From assembly GCA_009602735.1 (NCBI GenBank), contig WELA01001462.1, positions 505,914 to 569,913 of the forward strand: a stretch of 64,000 bases of DNA, read 5' to 3'. Shown in pieces: positions 62,326 through 64,000 of this stretch; position 1 is the first letter of the stretch; the number at the start of each line of letters is the position of its first letter. The stretch comes from Mesotaenium endlicherianum. Its lineage: Eukaryota. Below the pieces are notes generated by a model, which saw only the letters and a list, made by a program, of their open reading frames with translations, was not told where the DNA came from and did no database searches. The translations under genes were made by a program, and so were the position numbers.

Positions 62326-63527
62326 AGTCCAGCCGTCATGAGAGCTTCTTTTTCAGCCGGGGAGAGTCTTGCTTTCACTCCTTGCTGGTTTCTTGCATCA
62401 TAAGTGTCATTGGAGGGTCTTCCACTCTTCCGGGCAGCCGCGGGGTCCCTTTTAATAACTCCGATTTCCATGGGTGTGGGTCCAGATTCGGATGTGGAAG
62501 GGGCTGCGTACACCCGCGTCGTCGGTACCCGTGAAGATGAAGGCACGGAGTGCTTGAAATCCAAGGTATCCACCTTTTGGGCCACTTCAATGATCTTTGA
62601 GAAGTCCGTCAAGTCGCGTAACTCCACTTCCTTTGCCACCTTGGGTTTGAGGCCAAAGATGTAGCGGTCAATCTTCTCCTCGAGAGACATGTTGGGGATC
62701 TCAAGAGTGAGGGCGTGAAATCTGGATGTATACTCTTGAACGGACGTCGTTTGCTTGAGATGGTGGAGCTTTCCTCGGGCAATCTTCTCCGCATTGATGG
62801 GCATGAATTGCTTCTTGAGGGCCTCACGAAAATCTGCCCATCTTGCATATGATGGTGGGGGCTCTTGGCCGAGCATGGGGTGCGCCATAGCTTGATATAT
62901 AGCCGCTTGATAGTTACGCCACCATGATGTTGCTGCTCCTCTAAGTAAGGTAACGGCAAAGGGAACGTAGTCCTCCTCGGGTACTTCAAGGAATGCGAGG
63001 TACGTCTCCACTTGGTAGAGCCATAAATTCAGGTTGGCACCTTTCCCGGGGTTGAAAGTGTCGGGTTTGCCGGGCTTGATGAGTTTCCTTGCTCTCGTTG
63101 GCTCTTGTGGAGGCGCTTGAGCCGGGGCTGGATTTTGAGCATTGCTCGCAATAGGGGCAACCATGGCAGCCATAGCTTCTCTTGACGCTTGCACGGTTGC
63201 TTCATAGGTGGCCAAGCCCACTTGGTTGTGGACGGTCATTAGGAAGGCTGCCCACTCATTTGCGGGAACTCCTTGTGGTGGGGTCAACTTTGCTATAGCG
63301 GCTGCCACGGGATTTGACGGTGCTCCTCCTTGTGGTGCTTCTTGTTGTTGGAGATTTCCTTGAGTAGGCTCTCCCATCGACGCTGGAGGAGGGTGTGCTC
63401 CTCCTTGTGGTGCTTCTTGTTGTTGCAGATTTTCTTGAGTGGGCTCTCCCATCGGCGCTGGAGGAGGGTGTCTTGGAGAGGAAGGGCTTCCTTCGAAAGC
63501 TTGCTGTTGGTCTTGAGGATCGGCCAT
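62247..63527 (-). CDS. gag: Gag (B2), 426 aa
   Basis: Differs from B1 gag at three residues; CCHC knuckle present. Confidence 0.94.
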   Translation of the reverse strand: MADPQDQQQAFEGSPSSPRHPPPAPMGEPTQENLQQQEAPQGGAHPPPASMGEPTQGNLQQQEAPQGGAPSNPVAAAIAKLTPPQGVPANEWAAFLMTVHNQVGLATYEATVQASREAMAAMVAPIASNAQNPAPAQAPPQEPTRARKLIKPGKPDTFNPGKGANLNLWLYQVETYLAFLEVPEEDYVPFAVTLLRGAATSWWRNYQAAIYQAMAHPMLGQEPPPSYARWADFREALKKQFMPINAEKIARGKLHHLKQTTSVQEYTSRFHALTLEIPNMSLEEKIDRYIFGLKPKVAKEVELRDLTDFSKIIEVAQKVDTLDFKHSVPSSSRVPTTRVYAAPSTSESGPTPMEIGVIKRDPAAARKSGRPSNDTYDARNQQGVKARLSPAEKEALMTAGLCFYCKEKGHRALSCPKKLSKNGQRR

Positions 63528-64000
63528 CTTCTTGTGCTACCAAAGTGCCTAGCTCCGATACCACTGTAGTGAAACAGATAGATAAAGTACTTAGTAAAAC
63601 AGAATACTTTATCTATTCAAGACAAGGATCTTTGAACACAAGTGGTAGCTTCTTGAAAGAGAGATGGCTTCTTGAAAGTTAATATATTTCTGGATTTTGG
63701 CAAGTACAAGAGTGATTCTGGAATGTCTTTCTATGTTCTAGCTCTTGTTTATATACTTGCTACATAAGTAATTTCTAGGAAGGTGTATGTTGATGTGTTG
63801 GCACCCAACACATCCCAAAACTTGCCACCTCTTTCTAGAATAATGTACACATGTCCTTTTGACCTAAAAATGGCACATTTGACTTTTGCCACATGGAGTT
63901 CTTCTAGGTCTTTTCTCTAACTTCGAAAATGCCTTGGAAGGTTCAAAGGACATGAACCAAGTTACTAGAGTACCTATTCACACTTGACTCCACACAATAC

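Larger units (their letters stand above)
57388..64000 (-). mobile_element. Ty3/gypsy chromodomain element, family B copy B2 (apparently intact; 5' LTR runs off the window)
   Basis: 3' LTR 57388-57890, PPT rc of 57891-57900, PBS rc of 63552-63563 and 5' LTR from 63565. The LTRs are nearly identical. Confidence 0.96.

Noticed and set aside
36013..64000. Large inverted segmental duplication (B1 vs B2)
   Set aside because: These are independent insertions in opposite orientation with different flanks (AAGAC TSD vs A3 gag).

Overview
Eukaryotic repeat-dense window, probably from a plant or streptophyte alga (inferred from tRNA-iMet primer sites and chromodomain Ty3/gypsy elements). It is mostly nested transposons. 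Family A is a chromodomain Ty3/gypsy with an extra 3' ORF: four partial or degenerate copies plus a solo LTR. Family B has two near-complete copies, one with intact gag and pol, plus a solo LTR. Element C is a non-autonomous LTR element related to A. Element D is a Ty3/gypsy with an unknown ORF where gag should be and a tRNA-like Pol III cassette in both LTRs. Family E appears as one solo LTR. A degenerate piggyBac carries D and sits inside an A copy. There is also a GC-rich relic with an atypical retropepsin. The only host-like genes are two tandem, decayed paralogues at about 42.9-50.0 kb that resemble F-box/LRR genes. Most boundaries are supported by TG...CA termini, PBS/PPT and 5-bp target-site duplications (TSDs) read from the sequence. 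Family letters are my own labels. All protein assignments come from motif recognition, not database searches.
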